64,000 nt of DNA, from assembly GCA_965603825.1 (NCBI GenBank), contig CBFDEM010000063.1, forward strand, positions 186,001 to 250,000, given 5' to 3'. Under the pieces are notes generated by a model. The model had not been told where the DNA came from. It was given only the letters and a program-made list of their open reading frames with translations, and searched no databases. The DNA is from Blepharisma stoltei ATCC 30299 (taxonomy: Eukaryota; Protista; Ciliophora). Positions 39,345 to 52,300 of this stretch are shown piece after piece. The position numbers and the translations under genes were made by a program. Numbering within the stretch: position 1 is the first letter of the stretch; the number at the start of each line of letters is the position of its first letter.

Positions 39345-39857
39345 TTACTCAGTAAGGAAGTTGCAGCAACAAAGAGCTGATCCTAAAACCATTGATTTTA
39401 GAGTGGAATGTTCACCTTGGTTGCAATGATGGCAAATGCCATCCTTTATGTAAGAAAGTCTTTTGCATTTTTTGCATTTAGCAATTCTTATTATATATTG
39501 TCTTGCATTTTCTTGTCTCTCTGCTCTTGTTTTGCTGCGATTTATTATAGTTTGCAGGTTATCTGCAGGATTTTCTCGAATGGTTTCTGCATGCACTAAA
39601 TTGCATCCTCTATTCCAGCCATCATCAATTTGGCTATCGGAATCATCACTGTACGGCATTACAGCCCTTCCTTCTGGATTTTTGGCTTGTTTGCAGTTTC
39701 TTTCTCTTTGGAAATTTTCTTTAGGCTCAATAATATATTTTGCAGATTTTTTTGAAATATTTTTTTTGTGAGGATAATAAGGTGGATATGCATCTGGGCC
39801 GTCTTCAAAATTTGATGCAGTTGTGAGGCTTCGCTGAAAGATGCTTGGTGTTTCCAT
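39345..39857 (-). CDS. Small CxxC..CxxC protein, copy 3 (170 aa)
   Basis: ATG at 39857, open frame, ends CHHC...LCCCNFLTE. Confidence 0.7.
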   Translation of the reverse strand: METPSIFQRSLTTASNFEDGPDAYPPYYPHKKNISKKSAKYIIEPKENFQRERNCKQAKNPEGRAVMPYSDDSDSQIDDGWNRGCNLVHAETIRENPADNLQTIINRSKTRAERQENARQYIIRIAKCKKCKRLSYIKDGICHHCNQGEHSTLKSMVLGSALCCCNFLTE

Positions 39858-40574
39858 ATTAAAATATGTGATGAATAGACGATTTCTTTGATAAAACAAG
39901 GAAAATGCTTTTATCACATTTTAAAATAATTTAAATAAGGATCATAAATGATTTAGATGAAAAGATTAACTATTTTACATTTATTTGAATTTGTAGCTAA
40001 TTTCCGATTTTAAAGAAAATATTAATATAAAATATCTTAATTATGAAGAAAATATTAAAAAGGATGAATTTAAAAGATGGCTTTTTTTCTTCTAATAGAA
40101 TTGAAAAAGAATTAAAAAATTAGTCAATTTTAGCTATTTCAACTTCTGTAAGAATTATTTTTAATTTATAAATCATTTATGATCATTTAAATAGCGAGTG
40201 GAGTCTTAAATTGAAATTCATGAGGGTTAATTTTAAAATACCCTAAGGTCTTTGTCCTGGCAACTTCATTAGAAGATTTATCGAAAAAATAAGCGAAATA
40301 TTTAGTAAGTCATAAATATAAAAAATATTTTGAGTGTGAATCAAAAATTTCTAAATATTTACTGCCGTGAAATAATTAATATAAAATAAAAAAAGTGCCA
40401 ATATACATAAACAATTAAAAAATTATCAATAAAGCATATTGCTTCTCATTTAAAGCTAATAAAATGCATTCAGATGATGAAAACACATTTATCACTGCAT
40501 ATCAGAAAATGCATTTTATTAAGAACCATTTACTGCATAATACATTTTCAACAGTAATTGTAAGAAGAATAAAT

Positions 40575-41030
40575 TAAGAAACAGCAAAAGCCAAGAGTAA
40601 CCCTAAAATCATCGATTTTAAGATGAAATCTCCTCTAGAAGATTGATTGTAATAATAGAAAACGCTATCTTCTATATAAGAAAAGCCTTTTCCAATTTTT
40701 TAATTGCGCTATTCTTATTTGATTTCCCCTTGACCTTCTACTGCGATTAAATAAATTGAGCATGCTATCTGTAGGTTTCTTGTATAGTTCCTGCATGTAA
40801 GAGTTCATACTCATCATTCCTACCTTAATTGCTTAGCATTAATCTTTTCTTTTTTGGTATTTGAGTGTTTACTGCTTTTGACTTTTGGTTGGCAAATATA
40901 TTGTAGATTTTTTATTCCGGTGTTGGCAAGAAGGGGTATATATTTCTGGGTATGCTTCGTAAAAGATATTTTGTTCAAAAGCTGTGCAATTGGGAGATTG
41001 GACGAATTGATCTGGCTTTTAAATGTTTTA
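40575..41030 (-). pseudogene. Old, diverged fourth copy of the CxxC..CxxC gene
   Basis: Remnants LLHAGTIQE.PTDSMLNLFNRSR, NQIRIAQLKNWKRL.YIEDS and ILKSMILG align with LVHAETIRENPADNLLTIINRSK, RIAKCKKCKRLSYIEDG and LKSMVLG. Confidence 0.72.
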
Positions 41031-41371
41031 GCTTTAAAAAGAGCTCTCTATTTTAGATTTGAGATAAAGTACTCTAGACAATATCTGTCTTGCTAGAAGC
41101 TTGATGATCTATAGCGATCTAAAGAGGTTCTGCGCTATAATATATTGTTTTCAATAAATGATTTTATTCGGTAAAAGATTAGAAAATAGTCTTATTATAG
41201 ATTATTAATATCTTAAAAATGATGATAAGTGATAAAAAAAAGTCAGGATGAATTATTTTAATTTGTCGGTATTTTCTTATTTTTAAGAAAATATCAATTT
41301 AAATTTAAAGAAAATATGTTAATGGAGCATTTTTGAAATAAAATTTTAATATCCGATAATATTTTTGAGAT

Positions 41372-42229
41372 TTATCGAGACTTAAATCTTTCATATTTAG
41401 CTTCAGGGATTACATCAAGCCCATATTTCGATATCGAAATTTTCTTGACTTTAAAATTTGGAATATACAAATCTGATTCCTGAAAACTCCACTCCTCAAT
41501 AGGCTCTTTTTTTAATTCTTCGAATTCATTTAAAGCTTTTTTCAGTGCATCTTTCCCATACTCTTTCTTTTTCTTCACAAAATCTTTTGCTAAAAATCTT
41601 CGAAATGCCCTTTGAATAATCATGATATTTTCTGTGTGTAAATTTTTAATAGGCAGCAATAAATCTCTTCGATTTTTACGTTTTACAGTTGGTTTATCAA
41701 AAATGACAAGCTTTTTGGAGATCTGAGGAATCTTTAACTTGAAAGAATGCTTTAATTGAACTGGCAATGACTGTTTTGGTTCAAAAGTTGTGTTGAATAT
41801 TCCTTGGGATCGAGGTGTTGGAGGTGATATCTTCCTTCCTTGCTTTCTTGACGATTTTTGAGGGCTGTATAAAGAAAAGTCGAAAGGTTTTTCTAAGCTT
41901 TTATTTAATTTCTTGGTTTTTATTTTTTGGGTTACTGGGCGCAGTGGGGATTGATTGGGAATTATTATAAGTGAGTCTTTAATTTTTGGATGCTTAGTGC
42001 CATAATATGCTTCAGAGATTATCAATCCTTCTGAAAGCTTATTGATTCGCCGTTCAGATGTTTCGATTTCATTTTGAGTTTTGTTGAAATTCTTTAATGC
42101 ATTTGAGATACACTCATAATCGAATGAATTGCCAGCTTTTTTGTGAGTGTCTAAAAATAAATCTAAGATTTTGATAGCATTTTTAGAGGATTCTTCATAC
42201 TTTCCTTCAAAAGAAAATTGATTATTCAT
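41372..42229 (-). CDS. Basic protein with a single IQ calmodulin-binding motif (285 aa)
   Basis: Open frame; IMIIQRAFRRFLAK fits IQxxxRxxxxK. Confidence 0.72.
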   Translation of the reverse strand: MNNQFSFEGKYEESSKNAIKILDLFLDTHKKAGNSFDYECISNALKNFNKTQNEIETSERRINKLSEGLIISEAYYGTKHPKIKDSLIIIPNQSPLRPVTQKIKTKKLNKSLEKPFDFSLYSPQKSSRKQGRKISPPTPRSQGIFNTTFEPKQSLPVQLKHSFKLKIPQISKKLVIFDKPTVKRKNRRDLLLPIKNLHTENIMIIQRAFRRFLAKDFVKKKKEYGKDALKKALNEFEELKKEPIEEWSFQESDLYIPNFKVKKISISKYGLDVIPEAKYERFKSR

Positions 42230-43245
42230 TAATATGGAAATTTATATGCATTTTATCATTTCAGAAATACTTTATATTTTAGCTTCTTAAAAATATTTTA
42301 TCATAGTTTTTATGATTTATATCAGTTTAAAAATATAATGCACAATGATATCGAAAAATTTTCTTCAAATTATATTTTTTTGAATTTTTAATAAAAAATG
42401 CTTTCTGATATAAGCCTTAGTTATGGCATTTATATTGATTCTGTTTAAATATACTTTGATTGCTCTAGAATAATTCTCACTATATTGGGAATAGGTAAAA
42501 TATAAAATTGCTGATCCCAAAATATATAAGTAGGCATAATAAAAAAAGTTTAAATTTTAAAAAAAATCAATGTTTAAGGATTCTTCAAATGCTAATTAGA
42601 ATAATATCAAGATTAGCCAAGCTAATAATATTTTAGAATGAATAACAATTTATTGCCTTTAAAATCTAGTAGATCTAATAGATAATTACTATTTATAAAA
42701 TTTTGCAAATTAGCATACCTATATTTTACTGATTCAAGAGAAATTATAAACATTAATAAAAAGAACTAATTTTTAAAGGTTGAGCTAAATATCAAACATC
42801 AGCATCCAAACTATTAAATGTGCCTATCTCTTAAATGCGATCATTCAAATTTTATTCCATATTTAGGAATATTAATATACATTTGACAATAAATTTATTA
42901 GAGGAACTGATTTAGCTTGTATGATACAGCATGGATGCTTGCTTTAAAAAAATTAAGAATGACAATTTTTTTTTAGAAATAGAATACTATATAATTGGAT
43001 GAGTCAAAGATTTTTTCTCTTAAGTTTTTTTTAAATTATTTGACCTAGATAAAACCCTTTAACTTTTATAATATTCATTTTTATATTTGAAGCTTTGCAA
43101 TCAGTAAAAATGAATATATGCCCTTATCTGGCCATAAAAGAAATTTTGCTTTAATATATTTCCAATCTAAAATTATCAAAAAATCAGCAATTTCCCACTG
43201 GCAAATTTTATATAATTTCTGACAAGTTCGATTAATAATAAAAAG

Positions 43246-45378
43246 ATGGAAACCATGAGTGAAATGTGATGGAAGAAAGAAATAAGCGACCTTTACAAGT
43301 TGTTGATATTTTATAGCTATACACTCTTGTCAATTGGCCTATTTTCTCGAATCTTGTATTTTATGTGCAATTGGTCTATTGAGATGGAGCCTCTTCAAGT
43401 CGAAGTCGTAATACTTCATTTCGTAAATATTATTCTTGTCAAAATCTTCAAGAATTCCTCGTTTAAAGTAAAAATTCTCGTGATTTTATTCTTCACTGAG
43501 TCTTATAATTGTTTTTGCTTCTATGCATCAATGATAAAGAGTGAAGACTCCAATATATTGGCAGTTTTCGCTATAATGCTAACAACAAGATTTCAGCTGC
43601 CAATTATTAAAAACAAGCTTTACTTGAATCTGCTTCTTATTAAAAATTTATTGATATGGTGCTTCATCCGAATAAATAGCTTCCAAGATTCACAGTTTAG
43701 ACTAATGGAGATTAATTTTACATTAAGCACAATAATCACATGCAATATATGGCATTATTATAAAATGAAGATATCCTTTGAGAAATTTAACTTGAGCAAG
43801 GAACTGGAAAAAAACCATGAAATACTGACATTTATTACAGAAGCTTCTCGGGATGGAATTATAGTACTCTCTGAGAGCCTGACGATTGAGTTTAATAATA
43901 AAAACTCTCTTAAGCTCCTAGATTGTGATAAGATTGATCTCTTGTCTTCTATATCACAAAATGAATATTTTCAAGAAAAAAAGATGTCAGGGAATCCTAC
44001 ATCGAACTTGGTGATAGATGACATTATGTATTGCTTTAATGTCGCAGATTTCACTGAAAAGACTTTAGGCATAAGTCTTGTAAATGGCCGAAACTTAGAA
44101 TGAAAAATCCAAAAAATTTCTTGATACGATAAAAACTGCCTGTTTATAACTATCAGAGATGCAACTCAGATCATAACGCTTGAAAATTCAATTGCAAGTG
44201 ATAACATGAAAACTGTCTTACTGAGATCAGTTTCCCATGAACTTCGAACCCCACTTAATGCCATAATATATTTTACTAATGATATTTTGGAAAAGCATAA
44301 TTTACAGACCTCAGGAGAAATTGAAAAATTTAAAGCAATATCAGTTTCTTCACAGCTTATGCTATCTCTTATTAATGATTTGCTTGATTTTTCGAAAATG
44401 CTTGCAGGAGTGTTCAGCATTCATAAAGCTGATTGTCAATTAAAAGACATAATAAAAAATGCTTGCAAGCTAATTCAAATGCAATGTAAAAAGAAAAAGC
44501 TAAAGCTAATTATTAGAATTGATGAAAGGATTCCAAATAGAGTTTACACTGATTCTTTGAGGCTTAGTCAGATCTTGCTTAGCTTGCTTACAAATGCTTT
44601 GAAGTTCACTATGAAAGGCTGAATCGAAGTGATATGTCTGCTCGATAAAAAAAATCAATTAAAAATTACAATAGAGGACACTGGAATCGGGATATCAGTA
44701 GATTATCTGATAAAACTTTCCTCTGAGTTTTCTTCATCAGTTTCTCCACCAGTAAGCCCTCAAGGATGTGGCCTTGGGCTTTATGTTTCAAATTCATTGG
44801 TAAAAAAACTCGGAAATAAGCCTATTGAAATTCGTTCTCAGCCTGGAAAAGGCTCAGCTTTTATATTCAAAATCAACATTTTCCCTGAGAACACTCAAAG
44901 CGACGAATACGATGTTTTCACAGAAAGTCTGGTCGAAGAAAATTTAATTCGATCTGATATGAGCCAATATTCGATAAGGAACAAAAACTTTGCTCCTTCA
45001 GTTCTAATTGTTGATGATAATGAATTAAATCGGCTTGTCCTAGGATCAATTTTATTACAATATCATATAGCATTCGATGAAAGTGGAGGTGGAAAAGATG
45101 CAATTAAAAAGATTGCTGAAAGAGATAAGCTTGGAAGTGGATACCGAGTAGTTATTATGGATTGCGATATGCCAGAGATCGACGGCTTTGAAGCAACAAG
45201 AAAAATCAATTTATTATTTAGAGATCGAGAAATTAATGAAATGCCGAATATTATAGCTTATACAGCTTTTACATTAGATGAAGATCGAGCTGCGTGCTTT
45301 GAGTGTGGGATGGTGGATTATTTAATAAAGCCTTCTACCCCTGAGAAAATAATTAGCACAGTTAAAAAGTATTTATAA
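43246..45378 (+). CDS. Membrane hybrid histidine kinase HK5, 710 aa
   Basis: METMSEMWWKKEISDLYKLL start; single frame through TGA codons; SHELRTP, LLTNALKFT, DTGIG, GCGLGL, IMDCDMP, LIKP. Confidence 0.9.
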
Positions 45379-46396
45379 TTTATTTATTTCATTTATTAAT
45401 TAATCTAATATAAAGCTTTTTATTAAATTTTAACTAAAAAATCATTGAAATAGCCACAGAGTTTTCTATAAGTTGGCAAAAATTAGCACACAAAAGAATT
45501 AGCTACAATGGAGTATGCTTATTATTAAAACTTATTAGCTTTAAAATAAAGTAGGCGAAAGAATTTATATATATCAAATTACGATTCAGACGTCGACTTT
45601 AAATAATTTTTCTAAAAGCAGATTATAAACTTAATTCAGATTATTAAGTCAAAAATTGTGTCCAAGCCTGCTAATTGATAAGGATGCTTGAGCCACCTAT
45701 TCCATATTTAATGATAAAACTTTGAACTGTAAATATGAGTAGAACTCTCTTGAAATAAGGCATTTTATTCTCAATTTAGTCGCGAAATAAGCATGTAGAA
45801 CTTTTATTGAGAACCATCTTTTTCCAATAGATAAAGCAAAATTTTATTCATTTATAAATCTCAATTAAATATAAAAGGCTGATTAATTGAATAAAAAAAA
45901 TCTGAGTGATTTTAAGATAAAGCGAGATAAAAGACAAAATATTAGATTATCGATTAATTTTTCATATAAAGTATAAACTACAAAATAAAAACTGCATTTA
46001 ACTTATAAAAAAATTTGTTGCCTAAATTCTTCCAACGAATTATTAAATTTTTGTTGCATATTTTTATAATACTTTCAAGCAAAAATGCTAATTATTACAT
46101 CACAGCCTAGTGTCTGTTTCAGTTCTTAGCTATATTTCAAATTATAATTTTTATTCTCAAATTATCATAATAGCCAGCCTAGGACCGCAATTCTGGCATA
46201 TAAATCTACTTATTCTTTGTTAAGATTTATAAAATAGAATTTATTTTAAAATTTCCTCCCTTAAAAAAGCCAAAAATATTTTTATATCCATAGTAAAATT
46301 TGGAAGGCTCTCGCATTTTATTGCTAGTTTAATTTCCCTTAAATTTTTCATATAGCTTTGTTGTAAAATTCAAACTAAAAGTAATGGTTTATAAAT

Positions 46397-49300
46397 ATGT
46401 TCTTAATAGCTCTCGTTATTCAAGCTCTGTTCATATCGGTGAATGGAGTGTGAATTTCAGGCATCTCGATAGATCCTTCAGTATTAAACCAAGGATACTT
46501 AGCAGGCTCTGTAGCAGGTGGAACAGTCCTTCATATTCGTGGAGGCTTTGACAACGAAGACCCAGCCTCAAATATAATTAAGATTGATGGACAAGTTTGC
46601 GAAATCATCCAGTTCCACGCAAGAAGCGATTATTTACAGTGCGTCACTCCACCCTCTAACCATCCAAATGGGGCGACAGTACCAATTACAGCCTTTTACC
46701 ATGGAGAAAGTTTCAGTAACGAAAAATATCAGTTTACATATAACAAATACAACACCCCAGTCGTTTTCGAAATGAATCCAGTAGAAGCAGCTCCAGGCGA
46801 CGAAGTAAGCTTTGTTGGGAGGTGGATGACAACTGCCTGGGATCAGTTTGACAATGCAAAAGTAGACACCCAAAATATGCTCATGTACATATTGGATACA
46901 AGCCAAACCTTTGGAAGTTGGGATGTCATGAACTTAACTGCTGTCTTAGGCGACAATGACCAAGGAGATATCAACGCTACTATTACACTTAATGGGCCTT
47001 ATGGAAAAGCCTTTAAACGTTGGACTGGGACTCAATATGACTTAAATGGCAACCCTTACAATTTTCGAACTCTTGCAAGAATTGACTCAGTCTCAGCAAG
47101 CAGCGGAAGCTCAGCAGGTGGCCAAGAATTGACAATAAAAGGTGAAGGCTTTCCTTTAACAGCTTCGTGGGTAAAGGTTGAAGTGGACGGAAGCGACTGC
47201 AAAATCTCATCACTTGCTTTCGATAAAATTAACTGCACTACAACTGCTGCTACAAGAACTGGCTCACAAACTATATTTGAAGGCGGGGCTGGCTTAAAAA
47301 GGCAAGTGTGGCTTAACCAAACAACAAGATCTTTGGATTTTTCTAGCTTAAGCTCAGTTACCCCTGATTTCACCTTTAGCGTGGCTTCAGCCCAGATTCC
47401 AAGAGATGAAGACGTCAGCATCAGAGATAAAATGACTGGACTTTTTAGAGCTCCAGTTACAGGAACTTATAAGCTTATGGTGTCCTCAGATGATTATGCT
47501 GAAGTATTTTTAGGAACCTCTGATGATCCAGCAACTGCTGCTTCTATTCTTAAGTTCGAAAGCTACACTTCATTAAGAGATCAGTTTACTAAAGCGTCCC
47601 AAAGTGATGGAATTTCCTTAGTTGAAAATACAGACTACTACTTTGAAGTCAGACACACCCAAGGAAGCGGATCCAGCCACTTAGACTTAGGAGTCTTAAT
47701 TTCAGGCTCAGCCCTTCCTAATACAATGCCATATGTCCAAAAACTGCAACTTACTGCTGCAGATCCAGTTTATGAAGTCCAAACACTTAAATTTTTCGGC
47801 TCATCTACAGGGCCTACTGGCGGCAAGCTCCGACTTGTATATGGAACGACAGTAAGAGACTCAATTGATTGGGATGCTGACTCTGGGATGTGGAAATGCA
47901 GCGATATCCTCAACCAAACTAGCTACTTGGGATTAGGCTCACTGTCATGTCTTGGCTCCTGGGATAGTACCAATACAATATTGTCTTATAGCATTACATT
48001 TAACTACTTGGTATCTGATAAGAGATACAAGTTCTCAGCTGATACCTCACTTATTGAGCCAACAAACAGCATTTCTATTACCAATACCAAAACTCCAGGT
48101 ACTACTACATTAAAAGGGAGCTTCAAACTTGGGTTTAGAGGTGCACAGTCAGATTGGATTGACATTAGCACTTGGGTAGATGGACTTGAATTTTACTTAA
48201 ACAAGCAAATTGCTGAGTTCCAAAACCAATTAGTCGTTTACGGTTCTGTTGGATTTCCTTTCAACACGCTTCTAGCTTTGCCTTGGTTCCTTTTTGATGG
48301 GACTAATTTCGACGGAATCACCGTTGTAGATACCAACTTCACTGGTGGAAATATAGAAGGTTCGACTGATCCTGCAAGCATTACAACTGTTCTTGACCAA
48401 GTTTATTTGCCAACTGATGGCGCTTTTTGGCCAGTTATCCCATCAGACTTCTTGAGAACCACTGAATCGTCTCCTCAAGTCAGAGTTTTTGTCAACGAGA
48501 CAGTTTCAGTATGCAGAGGAGATTGCAGCTACAGTTATTTGTCGTCTCCAGATTTCCCAAAAATAACAAGCTTTGCCAAATCATCGTCTACTCTTACAAT
48601 TGTAGGTGAAGACTTGCCAACAGATGCAACCCAGCTATCAGTCTCTGTAGGATTTTCTGCTTGCGAAGATATTGCTGTAACTGGTAATACTCAATTCTCC
48701 TGTACTCTTCAAGATGGCGTCGCTGGAAGCTACCAGCCAGTAGTTAAAGTCGCAGGCCAAGGAATTATTCCAATAGACTCTACATTCATTGACACCATTG
48801 ACTCTACTCCTACAATAACTTCAATATCTCCTACAGCTGGTAGTATCCAAGGTGGAACAACAGTAACAATTACAGGCACTGGATTTTTTGACTCACTAAC
48901 TAATTCTGCATATGAGCAAACTGTTACCATTGAAGGATCCGACTGTGCTATAACTAGCACTTCCTTGACTCAAATTATATGTACTGCAGGCCCACAATCC
49001 TCTGGATCAGGCGCTATTGTCACAGTCGGAGGACAATCATCAGCTTCTTATGCGACTACTTTCTACGACTCAAGCAACACTCCTACAGTGACTTCTATAA
49101 GCCCAAGCTACGCAAGCACAACCTTCAAAACTGTGATCACCATTGGGGGAACTTCTTTCTCTGATACAACCAGTGACATTTCAGTCACCATTGGAGACCA
49201 AATTTGCATGGTCGTAAGCTCAACTACTACCCAAATTACCTGTGATTTATTAGGAGGTCCTCCAGGCACTTATGATATAGCAGTTTCAGTTTCTCCTTAT

Positions 49301-52300
49301 GGATTAGCCAAATTCGAATCAGTCTCTGAAAACTTTGACCTTAAATTTGACGTAGAGTCAATCAGCCCAGCTATAGGCTCTGTTGAAGGTGGAACTACAA
49401 TTACAATTAACGGCCACGGATTTTCAGATGTCTCAAGTTCTTTGATAATCATTATTGGAAACCAAGATCATGAATGTGAGAACTTAGTCGTGATATCAGC
49501 AGAACAAATAACCTGCACAACTCCAGCGTCAAGCGGCATGACTCTTGAACATGAATATACTGTAACTGTAATAGGAAGAGTTCAGATGGAAAGCAGGTGC
49601 ACTGGGACTTGCAAATTTACATGGTCAGACTCAGTAACTCCAACAGCTACTTCAATTTCACCTAACAGTGGAGCTTTAGGAGATACCGTCACTTTGTCAG
49701 GCTTGACTTTAGGAACTGACCCAAGCAAAGTTCACTTATCATTCGGAGGAGTTGAAGCGACCATTACGTCATGCACCGATACTCAAATTGTTGCTACAGT
49801 TCCAGCTGTTAAAGGAGTCCATCCAACTTTGGCACTTTCAATTGATGGCCAAGGACTTGCAGATACATCTTCACTTGTGTTCAACAATAACGTATTTGTA
49901 TCAGAGGTCAGTCCAAAGACAATTTCTCAAGGAGGAGAAGACATTACTATAACTGGTGGTGGATTTGATACTGGAATGACTTTTGCTTTTGGCTCAGTTT
50001 CTTGCACAGTGACTGGAATCACTGATTCTACTGCAAAATGCAAGGCAGGGGCTTATTCTGCATCTAGCTCTGCTCAAAGCCTCGTTATTTCTGGAACTGG
50101 CTCATATTCATGCTCAGACAGTTCTAAATGTGCAATCACTTACTCATCAGCGTTCACCCCTGTTTTAGGGTCATCGGTTTCAGGATTCTTAACAATCCCA
50201 TTCACTGCCCCATCAGGAAATGGAGACGTAGACTCTACAAAAGTCCATGTATATCTTGGCAGCTACCCATGCACAATAACTTCTGTGTCAGCAAGCGAAA
50301 TTGTTTGCACCCCAACTGCTCCAGCAGGGACTTATACTATTAAATTACACGTAGATGGGTACGGATACTCCACAGGGACCTTGAGCACCCAAATCAGCCT
50401 TTCAATAAATAGTGTAACTGCAGACCCATCCTCATATGAAGGTGGCCAAACAGTCACTGTGTCAGGCACTGGGCTGAGTGATAATTTAGGTGTCTATTTG
50501 TGCGGATTCCAATGCACTGTCGAAACTGCAACTGGGGATTCTTTAAAATGTTTGTCTCCTAAAGTAATTACAACTTACTCGCAAAACACCTTCAATTTAG
50601 CGAACTCTCCAACCAAACTCAGCAACTTTACAGTGATTTCTAGCGTCGCAACAAATGCTGCAAAGGCTTTTGATGGGGATGTAACTAGCTCTTATAGAGA
50701 TTCTACCAATACTTTTGCATATGTCGGAGTTGATGCAGGAGAAGGACGCTATATCCAGCTTTCTCAGGTAACTCTGATTGGAGGAGGTACAGGAAATCAA
50801 TATTATAGCAACTTAGTAGGCACTGTTGTTCAAGGCTCAAATGATAACTCAGCTTGGGACAATTTATACAACTTTACAACAGTAACTGATTACACCAACA
50901 AATGGAACGTCCCTGTAAATAATCAAGCTTCAGATAACTACCCTGTGTACACCTATAGGTATTACCGTCTCTATAAAGAATTCGCAGGCAACAACTATTA
51001 CATCAATGAAGTCTCTATATTCGGATTTATTGGACTTTCAGTGACTGAAACAGACGTCACTTGTGACTTAACGACCAGCTATACTTCAACATCAGGAAGG
51101 ATGCTTACAAGCTCAACCTCTTATGCCTCAGCAATCCAATACCAAGGCTCAATCACCCCATATATTACTGACTTCTCACCAAAATTCGGGACCAGTCTTG
51201 GAGGAGATATCATCACATTTACCGGCTCATTTGGTGCTTCCACAACAACCTCTGACGTAACCATTCTAATTGACGAAGTCACTTGCACAGTCATTTCAGT
51301 TACTAGTACAGAAATCCAATGCACAACCTCTGCAAGACCAAACTATGTTTCGCCTTCTCTTTCTATTACAATTGCTGGAGTTGGCTATGTGGTGACTCAT
51401 GGCAAGACTTTCCTTTATGCTGAACGCTGGAGTGCATCTACAACTTGGGGCGGCGAAGTCCCTCCATTTGCAGGTGAAACTGTGCATATTCCTGTAGGCA
51501 TGAACATTTTATTAGATGTAGCAACTCCTCATCTAGGGTTGATCCTAATTGAAGGAAGCCTTATAGTTGAAGATATCGAAGGACTTAGCATTGATGCAAA
51601 CTACATTTTCGTTCAAGGTGGACTTTTGCAAATAGGTACAGAGGCAGAGCCATTCCAAAACAAATTCACTATAACAATCCATGGAGATAGAAGTTCCCCA
51701 TTATTGCCATACTATGGCAGTCAGTTTATTGCTTTTAGAGGAGGAGTCTTGGATATTCATGGTGTTAAAAGAACTCCTACATGGACCTTTATAGATGGGA
51801 CAATTACTCCAGGCGACACCAAATTCAACGTAGCAGAAACAGTGGACTGGAAAGCTGGGGAAGTGGTAGTAATCGCTTCTACATCTTTTGACCACAATGA
51901 AGCTGAAATGATGACTATTGCTTCAGTTAGTGGAAAAGAAATCACTGTGACTACTCCTTTCCAACATAAGCATTATGGACTTATTGAAACTTATGGTGAT
52001 GATACTATGGATATGAGAGCTGAAGTCGGCTTATTGACCAGAAACATTTTGATTCAAGGAGGTCCTGAAGGGATTGCTCAAGAATGCGGTGTCCACGTCA
52101 TGCTTTTTGCCCCTGGTGATGAGTCTTGCATTGGCAGAATTGAGTATGCAGAGTTCTATCATGCTGGGCAAGCTTATAGACTTGGAAGATACCCTATTCA
52201 CTTTCATATGATTGGAAAAGTCAGCTTGTCCTATGTCAGAGGAAACTCAATCCACCATACTTTTAATAGAGCCATAACAACTCATGGTGTCCACTACCAA

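Larger units (their letters stand above)
38659..45903 (+). repeat. Segmental duplication unit B
   Basis: Colinear with unit A (31741-38120). Confidence 0.9.

Noticed and set aside
40854-41096. 80-aa plus-strand ORF from the track
   Set aside because: It is the antisense of the decayed CxxC-gene copy and has no ATG start or recognisable features.
21159-45378. Bacterial contamination or recent HGT suggested by two-component kinases
   Set aside because: The genes use the host UGA-Trp code, have no operon structure and are interleaved with clearly eukaryotic genes.
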